Positions 51,256-64,000 of a stretch of 64,000 bases of DNA are shown here, piece after piece. This stretch comes from Balanoglossus misakiensis. Lineage: Eukaryota > Animalia > Hemichordata. The DNA lies in contig CM082587.2 of the NCBI GenBank assembly GCA_040954595.2, positions 4,234,093-4,298,092 of the forward strand. The letters run 5' to 3'. Every line of letters begins with the position of its first letter. The stretch's first letter is position 1. The notes beneath the pieces were generated by a model. The model was given only the letters and a program-made list of their open reading frames with translations, searched no databases and was not told the origin of the DNA. The translations under genes and the position numbers were made by a program.

Positions 51256-52554
51256 TAGAAAAGAAAAAACAGTGGTTGGCTTATTGCTGCAGATTTCCAT
51301 GCAACAAGTACAGGCTTCATTGACGTTGGAACCTCAGTCACATTTGCGCGTATCCAAGCCACAACTCATGCTCTTGGTGTTCTGTACAAGCTACGGACTT
51401 TTTTGTGTGTGTCGGGATATTTCTAAAAAAAGTTAAATAAAGCAATTGTAAAACTACAGTTTGTGTTACTACCGTAGTATTGTATGGCAGTGTTTGGAAA
51501 TGGTGTGCAGAATGAATCATGCAAGAAACATTTTTGGAGAAATTTCTTGAGTGTAGTAGAAAGAGACTACAAAAAAACCCTGTAAGTGTGCTGTAAAATT
51601 CAAGGGATAGACAGGGCCTGTATTTTGCGGTTCTAATGCATATGATAAGTAATAGAATGTACTAGTATATGCAGGTAACATCAAAAATGACCCAACCAGA
51701 AACACACCTATCCCCCCCCCCGCTCTTCCCTTCTTAGACAAAAATGTATGAGGTTTTAAGCATTTCCACTGAATCCATATTTTCTCTGCAGGCTATGACT
51801 GACACGAAAGTCAACCGTGCAATCGATCCAAGATATTTCTCAATAGTTTTGTCGAAAGCCCCTAACGATGGCAATTTCCAAGAGGGTGACGACCGCCGCC
51901 CTGTCTACACAGATAGTTTTCACCGTGCAACGTGGACAGGGACAAATGTTTCCACAAAGCCCGTTCCCCGTGGTCCTGAAACGTGACTGTATCTGAAAAT
52001 CCCCAGGTTAATGGGGCAACTTTTGACTGCACGGAGTCGGGCGGTTTTGTGTTTGTACAACTGTGTCAACACGGGGGTGCTCTCTTTCTGTGCGAGTCAA
52101 AAAGTGAGTGAAAATCGATATCGCTGGACTGGCTTCTATCGCAGAACTGTTTGTATTTAATGGAATCTGGGAAATAATCACATCGGTTGTCTAAACTGGG
52201 TTGTCGGTTGATCTAGAGATAAAGAGGGTCTGAGAGGCGGAGATAAAATACCATCAGTGGAGAGAAAACTCTTCCAGTTATACATCATCAAACCATTATT
52301 CCTTTGCATGCAACTGGCCGACGAAGAGGGATTCCAACACCATGAAAGCGAAGGAAATCAATTCGCCATCGTCAACTTTGAATAAAAATCTAGGTGCCCA
52401 GGTTAACAAAAATTATTGCCTTTTTGCCGTCGAACATGATGAGACATGTGTTGTTTGTCCTGTGTTACATGAATATCCAAGAGTCTCGTGGAGTTCGGAA
52501 AATGGTCTATTACTTTCACCACATCTACCTTGGAAATTAAAGAAACAGCAGGCC

Positions 52555-53330
52555 CATATCACGTGTAACACTTATAACACGTGCACGTAAGATGGCTAGC
52601 ATGCGAAGGTGTGCTGGAACATGCCGGATTGCTTGCACGTGTTAGACTGCTAGCACGTGTACGTGTAGTTCTGATATAGCGTACACGACTGCTAGCTTGA
52701 GAAGGTATGCCAGCACGTGCAGAACTACTACACGTGTAAGACTACGACTTCTAACACATGAGGGACTGCTAACACATGCAGGACTGCTAGCACGTGTAAG
52801 ACTGGTAGCACGTGTAAGACTGGGAGCACGTGTAAGACGGGTAGCACATGTTGTACTGATCACACGCGTACGACTGCTGGCATGTGAAGGTGTGCTAGCA
52901 CGTGTAGAACCACTAGCACGTGTAAGACTGCTAGCACGTGTAAAGATTGCTAACGCATGCAGGACTGCTAGCACGTGTAATACTACTAGCACGTGTAAGA
53001 CGGGTAGCACATGTTGTACTGATAACACGTGTACAACTGCTGGCATGTGAAGGTGTGCTAGCACGTGTAGAACCACTAGCACGTGTAAGACTGCTAGCAC
53101 GTGTAAAGATTGCTAACGCATGCAGGACTGCTAGCACGTGTAATACTACTAGCACGTGTAAGACGGGTAGCACATGTTGTACTGATAACACGTGTACAAC
53201 TGCTGGCATGTGAAGGTGTGCTAGCACGTGTAGAACCACTAGCACGTGTAAGACTGCTATAGCACGTGTAATACTGCTAGCACGTACACGATAGCTAGCA
53301 CGTGTAGGACCGGTAGCACGTGTAGTAATG
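52555..53330. repeat. 18-bp minisatellite (consensus about CTAGCACGTGTAAGACTG) with a 163-bp higher-order repeat
   Basis: Roughly 40 monomers. The variant CTGCTGGCATGTGAAGGTGTG recurs at 52874, 53037 and 53200, a period of 163 bp (9 monomers + 1 nt). Confidence 0.95.
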
Positions 53331-53767
53331 TGGGCGCTGAGACATCTGGTAGATAGCCACGTGCACCTAAGGTTTCCCAACAGAAGACTCCGGAAAGATG
53401 CACTTGTAAGATTCGTTTTATTTCATAATGACGAAAAGTGAGGACACAAAACACGGACGTTTCAAAACATCTACAGCACAATTAATTTACTCTAACAGTT
53501 GCAATACTAAACGCGTGTTTTTCCTTTGCATCGCGACATCGAAATAATCAATGCCACACAATGGACTGCTCCGTGCAAATCAGAAGTGGCAGACATGGAT
53601 TTTCGAGAGAACAAACAAAAACAAAAAGAAATTGAGCTGATATAATAGAATAGAATAATTTATATAAGGCAGTTATCGCGGTACGTGTATTTAATAAAGG
53701 TTGCACACGATTCATTGTGCCTGATAGATTGATTCTATCTATCGATCGATTTATCGACAGTCGGTGT

Positions 53768-53815
53768 GTTGATTGAATGATTGATTGGTTATTTGATTGA
53801 TTGATTGATTGATTA
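53768..53815. repeat. (TTGA)n microsatellite
   Basis: Imperfect GATT run downstream of the Lhx2/9 stop codon. Confidence 0.8.
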
Positions 53816-55559
53816 AGGAGCGGTTCTTTAGTCAGTACAATACAAATACAGACAAAAAGTCAATAAATAAAGTGTATTGGTTTGGCAAGAATACCGTGAA
53901 ACATTTTTTGTAAAGTCTCTATTACGCGTTAACACAAAACAACAAAATATTTGAGGTTCTCCGTGTAAGTATACATGTATTTTCCTCCTGTCTGTTCGTA
54001 ACGCCGAGTCTTATTGGTCAAAGTAGGCCCAGCCCATGGGTACGAAGGTCAGTTCAAATAATTGAAGGATTGCACAGCCAGGTGATCATGCAGATTTACG
54101 CCAAGACAATGTGAACGCGCATGTGTGAGTATTACACTTGCAAATAATTTAGCTTTATGCAAATAATTTATACGCTTATGCAGATTGCATGTGAAGAGTT
54201 TGTGACCATCCTTCTACAAATATTTAGTATTAGCGTCACCTTCAGCTCACGGTGGCCTCGCATGAGGATTTCACCTTGACTAAATCCAACTGGAAGGGTT
54301 TTGGAGAATATTAAAGCCGTGGAAGAAAACAGTAGCGTCATCATATTACATTTCTATCAAGGAATGTTGGAGGTGCGTCGGGCATGCTGAATCGTGGGAT
54401 GACTACGTATGCGCTATTATTGAAAATTACACACCGATAATAATGAAAAAGCAGAGCTTGATAGAAAATGACAACAGGACTTTCGCACATTCGGAATGAA
54501 TGTAAAAAAAAAACACTGTCGCAGCAAGACTTATTCGATGCAGGTAAAGCCAAGTCGACAGGGTGCACTTCTAGTTGTGATGGACGCCCTCAACGAAATG
54601 ATGCTGAGTATCTTAGGGAGGAGGTGGCAGCGTGAAGGGCCACACCTTTTCATTCCAGATTTTGTTTCCAAATCACTAAAGGAAAACAATTTGTACCCTT
54701 TCGTGTCGAAGACTGCAAGAATGTTTGGGGAAAAACGTCGGCAAAGCATGTCCCTATGTTGCGATACACAGAAAAGTTAAATGTGACGAAGACATATATA
54801 TATATATCTACAACACAACAATTTTTCACGTACAACGTCACATTTCGAGCTAGGAATAAACAAGTTGGTCCAAGGCTCGGCATTTTATGGAAAACAACAC
54901 CAGCGACCTATAGATGACCTCATTTCTCAAACGTGTCAGAGAAGGGTGGCACAGACTATACAGTGGGGGTTGGTGGTGGTTGGTCTTTTCCGAGCTACAG
55001 CTGCCGGCTGCTTCTGAATTTTAACACGGTTCAGACTGTTATTTACACGACACTGTCCTGGCAGACCTAAACGCATGTATAATATCATAATAGAAAACAC
55101 AAAACGACAAAATAAAAAACGAAGGGATGGTGACTGGAGCACACCATATTTGCACATGACCAACGCGAGACTTAGTTCTCGAACAACTTCACGTCGTAAA
55201 CGTGATCTCAGTTTTTTTTTCACTGCTCTCATTTGAGATACGATAGCACTCCTGGTGAACATTGAGTGTGTACGTTGATTTGAATTGTTCGTTCGTTAAA
55301 ACGTGTTTTTGGCAAGAGTAGCGCAGTATGAGTGTCATCACCCCCTCAGCCGTGAGTGCCAAGTTCATTTCTCCCGACTGACTGTCAATCAAAACCGTTG
55401 CCAGGATACAACTGTCTCTGAAAGTTTGTTTCCAGGCAACTCCTGTTGGGGGGTGTTCACAGCGTCACCTTTACGCATGCGTGGGGTACTTCGGCGGTGG
55501 GTGTGGGGAACACCTTTTCCTTTTCGCCCCCGTCGCTTGTCACATCTCTCTTCCTTTCT

Positions 55560-56187
55560 TCACATGTCCCCTTTGAACATATCCGAAAGACTGGGCGTTT
55601 CGGAGCCCTGCAGGGAGTCCACGTCCATGCCGGTGCTCAGCGACGGCGACGCGACCAAATCGGTGTGCATCCCCGGCGTGGCCACCTCCGTTAAGTCTGA
55701 CATGCTGCCCGTTCTCGGGGTGCTCTCGCTCAGGTCGGTCAGAGTGGTACCCGAGTCGCCCGTGAGTGTTGTGTTGTTGTTTCCGTCGCCGTCTTTGTTC
55801 TTCGTGAGGCTGCGCCTGTATTTGGCCCGAGCGTTCTGGAACCATACCTATAAGATAGAAAATGGTGATATAAACAGTCAAGTAAATGTATAGACCAACA
55901 TGTTAAATCTGTGTCTCATTTCGTCTTCCCTCACATTTGACAAAAATCTCGTGTTGAAATGCAGAGTGAGAGAGAAAGAGAGAGAGAGTCGCTTACCTGA
56001 AGTACACGTTTAGTAAGACCCGTTTTCTGTGCTAGCTGCTTGAGATCCTTGGCATCTGGGTTATGGTTGAGCGCGAAATAAGATTTCATAGTTCGTAACT
56101 GGTGATGTTTGAACGACGTCCTCATCCGTTTCGTCCTCTGTTGCTGGTACTGATCGGCCGTCATGTCCTGATTGTCGTTGTCGTAGC
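55560..56187 (-). CDS. Lhx2/9: LIM-homeobox Lhx2/9 (apterous) ortholog; last two coding exons. The LIM exons were not found and presumably lie beyond 64000.
   Basis: Exons 56187-55997 and 55847-55560 encode RTKRMRTSFKHHQLRTMKSYFALNHNPDAKDLKQLAQKTGLTKRVLQ|VWFQNARAKYRR, nearly identical to the LHX2/LHX9/apterous homeodomain, followed by a Ser/Thr-rich tail and TGA at 55562-55560. Confidence 0.93.
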
Positions 56188-56237
56188 CTGTGTCATAACA
56201 ACAAGGAGGACAGAATCAGAGATATAGAATTCACACC

Positions 56238-56321
<84 letters not shown>

Positions 56322-56326
56322 GTCTA
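56238..56326. repeat. (TCTA)n microsatellite
   Basis: About 20 perfect ATCT units in the Lhx2/9 intron. Confidence 0.95.
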
Positions 56327-59300
56327 TAGTTTTGCCGTGAGTCTTTGTCCATGCGTACTGTTTGCGAAACGTTTCATAATAACACAACGGTTTGTCGTGC
56401 GCATATCTCCTGTCACATATCATTTATTGCTTTTGACGATATTCCCGCACGGTCGACGGAAATACCCAATTTCATACATGACGGAGACGGAGTGAAGCTA
56501 ACGTCGCTTAATTAAAGATTACAGACAATCAATGGAAGAGAAGATGAACACATAGACGTGCGTCTTTCTACGTTCGTTATCAGCGACTCAATCAGGAGAC
56601 GAACCCGGGGCTATAGCAGCAAAAACTTGTTACATATATTGTAAATTGTATAAATTACCATGTTTCCGGGCATATCTCCGCCCACTACTTCGCTAAATAA
56701 GTTCTCTAGGGCCCATCAGTTGCGTTTTAATGGCATTCGAGCTCTTCGAGTTTTTTTACTTGCTCGTTCGATCTCGAAAATGCGATAATACGTATTTTTG
56801 TGTGTGGTGATTTCTCTACCAGGCGGTGTCATATTATTGCGCAATTTAGGGGTGGGGAGGGGGTACCTTACAGACACACCCTTAGATATACGCTCAGACG
56901 GAGACTTACACAGACAGAAAGACAGACAGACCGACCGACAAACGGACAGACAGACGGGGAATCACGTCAAGAAAATATCACCAAACGGAGAGGAATGCGA
57001 AATTTTGGATGGTTAAAAAAGTCTCGAATCTGCGTCTGAGATCACGGCGCGACAGCAAGTGGCGGTACGCAGGACGATGATCCCGCTTCGGCTTAGAGGC
57101 GAAAGAAAGTTGCCTCGTCTACGGGAGACAACGAGGATGTCCCGGGGGCGTGGGAGATGTGTGACGCCTAGCACTACCGGATCAAACTCCAATCTCTGCT
57201 CTTACTGAGGTTAATAGTACTATTACGAGCCAATTGTACCTTAGGGGATATCTGCAGCGTTTTCCAGATTAGTCACGGCACACGAACAGTCGCGCCCCGT
57301 CGTCCAAAAATGGTCACCCCTCTCCCCATACCATCGGTGTAACCGACTCCTATCCCACGCACGTCCACAATCTGGACTGCAACTCAAGTTCAAGGTGACT
57401 GGCGAAAATAATGAACATCGTTAAGAGCGAACATAAGCCGAGATTCTTTCATCGGAGAGTTTGCCCCCGGGGCGACGAAAAGGTTAAGAAGATAGGAGAG
57501 ACAGCGTCGCATCCAGGGGGGATACGAGCTAAGATAGCACACGCTTCAGCGAGTCGCTGCTCCCGGGGAGCCCCCTTGATGCTCCCGTTATCTCAAGCGG
57601 GTGACACGCGCGGATACAGTCGGAAATCCGGAACAAAACACAAATTAACAGTGAGAGAGAGAGGAGATTAATAGCTCTCGCAGAGACTCGATCGCAACAC
57701 TGATTAGCCCTGAACAAGTCACCATGGACAAACTATGTATACAACTGCCGAAGTATAGCTACCAGCAGTTTTGGATGCTATATCCCTGCGGCCAACGTAC
57801 ACTTTGTTTTTCTGCACAGACAAGATCAGAGATAAGGATCGGCGTTACGATGGACTACTGGGATACCTTGCACGTCAATTGCGAAAGTTACGATGCCAGG
57901 TGTTTTTTCTCTATATCATTAATAGCGCAATCCAGCGATGTGGTCCAATTTCTCAAATTTCGGTTTTTCATCGGTAACTCCTTGACATGATGTGATGAGC
58001 CTTTGATGCATTTCATGCACTGTTACAATGCTATTGAGTGCACATAAATTTGTGCATTTTTTCAAAGCAAGAATTTTGGTCACTCGCTTCTTGAACAGTG
58101 AGACCACTCTCATGCATACTCTCTGAAGCACGTGGCCATTGAGGGCGCTTCGTTCTTGAAACGCACACCGCCCTGCTGGTCCACCAAGTCAGCCTTGCAG
58201 TGCATGGTTTAGCCTGATGCGTAAAGTCCTTGCGAAAACTTTAAGACTGTTGCGCAAACACAGACTAATAGCAGGCACACGTACTTTCGGCTGATCGGCG
58301 AAAAGCATTTATTTATAAAAGCATAGGAAGAAACATAGAAATAACTATCCCTGCCTAAGGACAGAGGAAATTTGGATACATTGTATTAGAACCCATATTT
58401 GTATATCCAAGGATAAAACCACCGCCAGAAATGTAAATCCTCAAATACCAAGCCCCGGAGAATGGAAATTTGGAGACGCGATATATATATGGGACAGCAT
58501 GCCCGCGAGAGACAAAAAAATAAAGTCTGCTATCGCTTAAGCCAGCGAACACGCATATACTATAGTCGGAAGCCAGAAATCCTACACAAGACAAAACTCT
58601 TCAGGAAACGAGACTCGCCGCACTGCAGGGGGTCTGGTCCGCTCTATAGTCTATATCGATATCACCCATTTGAATTACGAAGCATTTAGTATTACATTAG
58701 GAAGTAGTGGTAGTCGGTAAATAGCCCAGGGCGGCCATCACAACCAAATACCAGTCATACCCTTGCCTATTGCAACCATACTTGACGGCGTCAGAGGTTG
58801 TGAAGCCGTTCCTTTTGTTTTGTTTCTTCTAATAATATTCTGAATAGACATTTCAAGGCATATGAACAGGAAACACTACAGTATAAACAGTGTCTTCTCT
58901 ATATGTGCCTATATTTGTCTTCCGAGGCAAATGCGTCATAATGATTACCCTCGTGTCTTGCGTCGAGTTCCTGCGAGAGTTATACAAGAGATGCCAGCGT
59001 GTCACGACTCCTTGTTTTCCCGCGCCTAGTGACCAAGGATTTCTTATTTTAGCCGCGGCTGTCTCGCAGAAACAGATGCGGTCAACATCTTCACTGCCAT
59101 GGCAACTCCAACGTTCCCCCTTAATACCTTTTTGAAACCTGATGTGTAGCAAGAAAGAGAAAATTTGTCTTGCATCATGCATGGACACATCAATAACCGA
59201 TATTAAGGCCAATTGAAGCAGGACATCAAAAAATTGCATCCATATTACAACTCAGTGTCATGTCGTGTTATTTTCCATACTAAAATAAGAACTGGGCTCG

Positions 59301-62300
59301 AGGTATGTCTTTCCGTTATGATGAGGCTACTACATCTGGGCGAACGGACCGGTGGGTGTCCCCGCCGACGTGACGGTCTACCCTTTTCCCACTGTCAAAC
59401 TCTGCCACCCCCGCCCCCGCTACGGTCACCCGAGATGGAGTATATATATCGAGCAAGGACACAGTTGCTTCTGATAGCTGTTTTCAGAAACACCACTTTG
59501 TTTGGTGTCTTCCAAACTCCCCACGGGGAACAATAACGTCGCGTCTAGAAATAGGAAGAAGCGGGCCACGTGAAACAACACGGGCAAGCGACCAACGGGA
59601 TTCCATCGCAAAAGGTTCTCACGAAATACTTGGACACACTGTGTGTTGACCAGAACCTTTTCAAATGGCGCACACATGTCCCTCAAACGGAAAAAAAATG
59701 TATATACCAGACACTTTGTGGAGAGGAGACAAGCGAATTTATCTGAGAGCTTCAAAGGGGAGACTTCTCTCCACAAACCAAAGGTTAAATAGTTGTGTTG
59801 TGTTCAAAGTTATTGGCAGCATGCCAACAATATGACACAAATCGAGCAGTTTGTTCTGGTATTAGACACAGGCGTGCCTCCCGACAAACTAAGACGCGAA
59901 CTCACGTGCAAACTACAGCCATCTACCTTACTATACGAGTGTGCCATTTTGAGGCCATATCGCAGCGGAAATTCTGACATAATTATGACGCATTTAAAAC
60001 GGTGGTGTCAAGGAACTTGCAACCTTTGCTGTCCAAAAATGACCGATGCGACTGATGAATACGAGTAAACAGGATTCTCGCAGAAGCCATGTAATATGCC
60101 TACGTGTTTTTCTGGGGAGACTAATTTTATCAAGTCACTTTGCGAAGGACATGTTACGCAAAAACAAACCAAACAAAATTACTGAATTTTGACTTCTTAT
60201 ATATTTACGTTCAATGGATTTAATCAAAATTCACGAGTTTTTAATGCACAATTTTATATTGAACCAATGGCCATGTTTGTTTCTAGGTGTTGTGCAAAGT
60301 GATTTTATCAGATATTAATGGTGAAATTATTATCAAAACCAAGCAGACGACACTCGAAAAGTCGTTTGTACGCCGCCATATATGTATGGCGCCGAGAAAT
60401 GTGCGCAAATCCGAGGATGACCCGTTGAAAGTGTGAAATACACCCGGGAATTGCAGAAAATCATTTGCTATTAGTATGCGTTACAAACCAGTCGAGTGAA
60501 CTCAGGCAGAAAATTTAATACAGACTTTAAAAATAGTGCGCAAAGTTGGGTCGTCGGTGTGTGTTTACTTGTATAGTCTCAGACAAGTCCAGAGCGGTGA
60601 CAATGAGAAACAGACTACAATTTGAGAAGAGGTTTGAAATATGAATAAAAAATGTTGTAATGTGCAGGGTTACACTGAGGATAATTTCATCGGACATCAC
60701 GCGAGAGCAGACGAGAGGACCAGTCGTATGGCGTGGATGGTGGATTCAATGGTGGGTTCGGGTTGGGGGTTTGCTTTGGATGGGATGGGGTGGTGCAGAA
60801 TCAATCGCTTTCCATTCTTCCGATTGAAGGAGTTCGAACCCCAGTTAGATTTATAGCCAAATGTGGAGTGGACTAGACTGTATACGCAGCTACCTGAGAT
60901 ATCCAGCACATTATGGGGCTAGTCCAATGGCGTAGCAAACAGAAGGCACGCACACAAAATCGAACGAATTCATTTAATTGCTTCCCAGGTTTTCGCTGGG
61001 AAACCTTGGGGTCGGCAAGCCTAATATTTTCAGAGTATCAAGTCTGTGGGGGTTAAAGATACACAACACAAGTTTGGAACAATTCCTACCGCGGAATCCC
61101 GGGACATTCGATCGAGAAATCCAATCTGTAACCGAAGACGCCGGGGCCGGGACAGAATCTGCTCAGCACCGATCTATTCTTACATCTAAAACCAGCGCAT
61201 GTTTTTCTTTTGCTTTGCTCGGTGTCAAGCGATGTCAGCTTGACGGCCTTCTGACGTTTCGCGCCGACGGGCAACACAGGCCACATGAGCAGAGGGGGCC
61301 GCGGCTCGGCGGTCGTCAGCTCAGCTGCCCCGGCGTCCAACACACCACTTGACCAGGTTTGGCCCAGGAATGGGGCGGACGCGCCGATCTAGAATAACAA
61401 CTCCGGAGATGCTGGCAGCAGCAGAAAAAAAATCAAACAGTATCACTCGGAGGGGTTGGCTTACTCCTGAAAAGCTAGACGACCCGAGAGAAACGCGGGA
61501 AGACGTTCCGTGGCCCTCCGGGAATGAATAAAACTCGACCGCCACAGCACGATCTCGCTTAAGCACTTAACAAATAGTGGAGCAAATTGTGGCTCCCATA
61601 ATGAAAACCTATAAAGGTTAAATTGTTGATTTATAAACTTCCCACCTACACAAATTATATGACTTAATGATTTTTTTAGTTTCAGCAAAGGAAATTTCAA
61701 CTGGCACGAATTGTTAATACTTTATATTGTCCCAAAAGTTACATAAAGTTAATTCCATGATTTCGACATTGTCATTTGGTCCGCAAATAGGTTGACAAAA
61801 TTTCCGGATGAAACATTTCTTATCTTTCGTTTAAATATAGCTCGCGTAATTCTTCTAACTGCTCAAGATGTGTTAGAAAGAGAGGGACAGAAAATACATA
61901 TCATAGTCTCTTTGTCGGAGATCTTATGCGGGTGACGTCATTTGATGACGTCATTCAGATTTGGGGTGACCGAGGGTTCCTGCGGTTTGAAAAGCGATAA
62001 TTCACGCACTGCACAATAGGAGAGATTCTTGGGTCTTTCAAACCCGTTCCCCTGGGAAACGGAACCCCCCAAACATCGCAGCCTTGAGATCGCGTCCGCA
62101 AGTTGTCCGCCGACTTTGAGTTCAGCATTAAACTTAAATCCGCGGTTGGGCCAAGTGGCTGGGCTATGTACAGTATCTCATACTATGCATCATGATTGAG
62201 CAATCTTGGCTTCTGGTGATGTGTCACTATATCGTCACTCACCACGTCAGCGTGATCAGACAAGATCGCGTTCCCAGGCATACAGAAGCGAGTCACTGTC

Positions 62301-64000
62301 GTGGTATATAAAAAACCTTAGAAGTGATACTTGTAAATTCTGTGCTTAAAAAGTCAGTCATACATTTTTCATAAGGGGGCATTCTTAAAATAAATAAATA
62401 AGCACATTTTCGTCGTTTTATTCCAGGTACTTATCACGAGAGAGTCGCGTTGTCACGATTATAAGGAAACAGCGATTGCAGCTTGCAGTACGCGATGAAC
62501 GACCGCGCGAGCACACGGACAAAAAAAAACCACGCCGAACTTCGGAACCTGTAGGCTTAATTTAACAAATCAGAGTTTTAAGAAACGACTCGTTGGTTGC
62601 CGGTTGGGTTTTCACATAACATGGCAGGTGTATCGACCGGCGCGCATAGTGCCAAGTCAGTCAGGCGTTAAGCGGTTCCAACGTAACGGTAAAGTTTCCC
62701 AAAGGACCTCCGGGATTAAGAACTCGGAGCCAAAAGAGGCTAACGAGATCCCATTCAGGGATCGCTATTGTTACACAAGACACACGCGGTTTTGAGCGCA
62801 GTGTCTTTCCAACGACTGCATTGTTGTTAAACGCCAGAAAAGCGACTTAATCAGAAATTGCAATAGTGGATTTGAGCTAAACCCGCGTTGTATTTGTATT
62901 TGGGCGAGGTCAACTTGGGAGTTCTGGAGAATCATGGACGTGGAGAGAGAGGGGGGAGAGGGGGTGTGTTACTAACTATGGAGTATTAAAACGTGCTTTT
63001 CTGTTATCTAAGTACTTCGTTTGTGGAAAGATTTCGGTTATTAGAAAATAACCTGAAGACCAAAACAGATTTATCCCCTTGTCTACATTTGTGTGTGTGT
63101 GGGAAATCTGACAGTAACTTCCCACTCTTGACTTTGGCTACGCGTTCGATGCGTGCCGCGTGCAAGTATACACCACCACCACCGGCCAACACGATCCTGG
63201 ACGCAAACGTGACTCTCTCTGGTCAAGCACCTCGCGACGGACGCGTCATCGCCGTCCGTTGACATGGCAACGCCTACATCCGCGATGCCATGGGTGGGAG
63301 AAACGGGAGGGACTTGGAATAACAAACGAGAAATGAAGTACACATGTTGTTGGACGCGGAGGGGAAACAGACACGGTCGACGTGACAGACAACCTCGCTG
63401 GAAATCGACGAGAGAAAGAAACCCCAACCAGGTCGCGCGCACACCAGACGCAACCGAGACGAATTGATATATGCTATCAATTTCACTCATCAAAGGAGGG
63501 ATTTCGACTTTCGCTTGTTCCATGTGATTATTTATTTTGCGCTCGTTTAGGTAAAAAATAACTACTAGTACACGCGATACAAAAGCACTGAACACAATGC
63601 GTTGAAAGGAATACCGGAGACCTATGCATCCAATTATCATATTTAACAGAAAATATTTCTTCAGCAGAACGAGCTGGCCTTTAATTTGAACCACGCATTT
63701 TCCCCATACTGCGCAAGACACACAGAGGCGTTGCGACATGCTTCTTTGCAGAAAACGTATGAATTGGTCCAAGTGCATATACATGTAATAGTACATGTAG
63801 CTCACATTTTCAAACACATTGTCGTGAGTGTTATGATTTATTTCACACCCGCCTTTGATACCACACGCATCAGAGAAACACGCATGACTGTCCCTTTGTG
63901 CGAACCTTGCAACATTTCAACGTTGATAAAAGCACAAGGCGTGCCAGTCTGAAAAAACAGCCTCCCTTGCTTCCAGAAAAAATATCGCTAACAATCGGGG

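Noticed and set aside
52555-53380. CRISPR-like array, or the repetitive ORFs (VLHVLA.., TRASS..) as proteins
   Set aside because: The monomers are contiguous with no unique spacers, there are no cas genes and the context is eukaryotic. The ORFs are by-products of an 18-bp period.
56866-56895. Possible 21-nt Lhx2/9 microexon before a GTAAGG donor
   Set aside because: In the required phase it contains an in-frame TAA, and the acceptor is weak.
63083-63817. 244-aa minus-strand ORF as a Lhx2/9 upstream exon or new gene
   Set aside because: No LIM Cys/His spacing and no protein-like composition; probably a chance intronic ORF.
1-64000. Frequent TACATGTA palindrome
   Set aside because: Scattered through introns without clustering; it appears to be a genome-wide compositional motif rather than a local feature.

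Overview
Intron-rich animal genomic DNA from an invertebrate bilaterian, possibly a non-vertebrate deuterostome; it is not prokaryotic. Eight spliced protein-coding genes were reconstructed by hand from GT-AG boundaries and recalled family motifs: the 3' part of SARDH (+), an NR5/FTZ-F1-family nuclear receptor most like NR5B/HR39 (+), a DOMON-cytochrome b561 FRRS1-like gene without a reeler domain (+), SURF6 (-), SNAPC4 (-), PPP1R10/PNUTS (-), MRPS18B (+, head-to-head with PPP1R10) and the 3' homeodomain half of Lhx2/9 (-). The main result is synteny: human counterparts of these genes lie on 9q33-34, in the MHC at 6p21.3 and on chromosome 1, so the window looks like a compact, unduplicated proto-MHC segment. 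Non-coding features include an 18-bp CACGTG minisatellite with a 163-bp higher-order unit, a structured snoRNA-like element in a SURF6 intron, nuclear-receptor half-site clusters, CTCF-like motifs, MITE-like elements and microsatellites. All homology calls are from memory; no database search or folding program was run. I found no convincing wholly new protein system.
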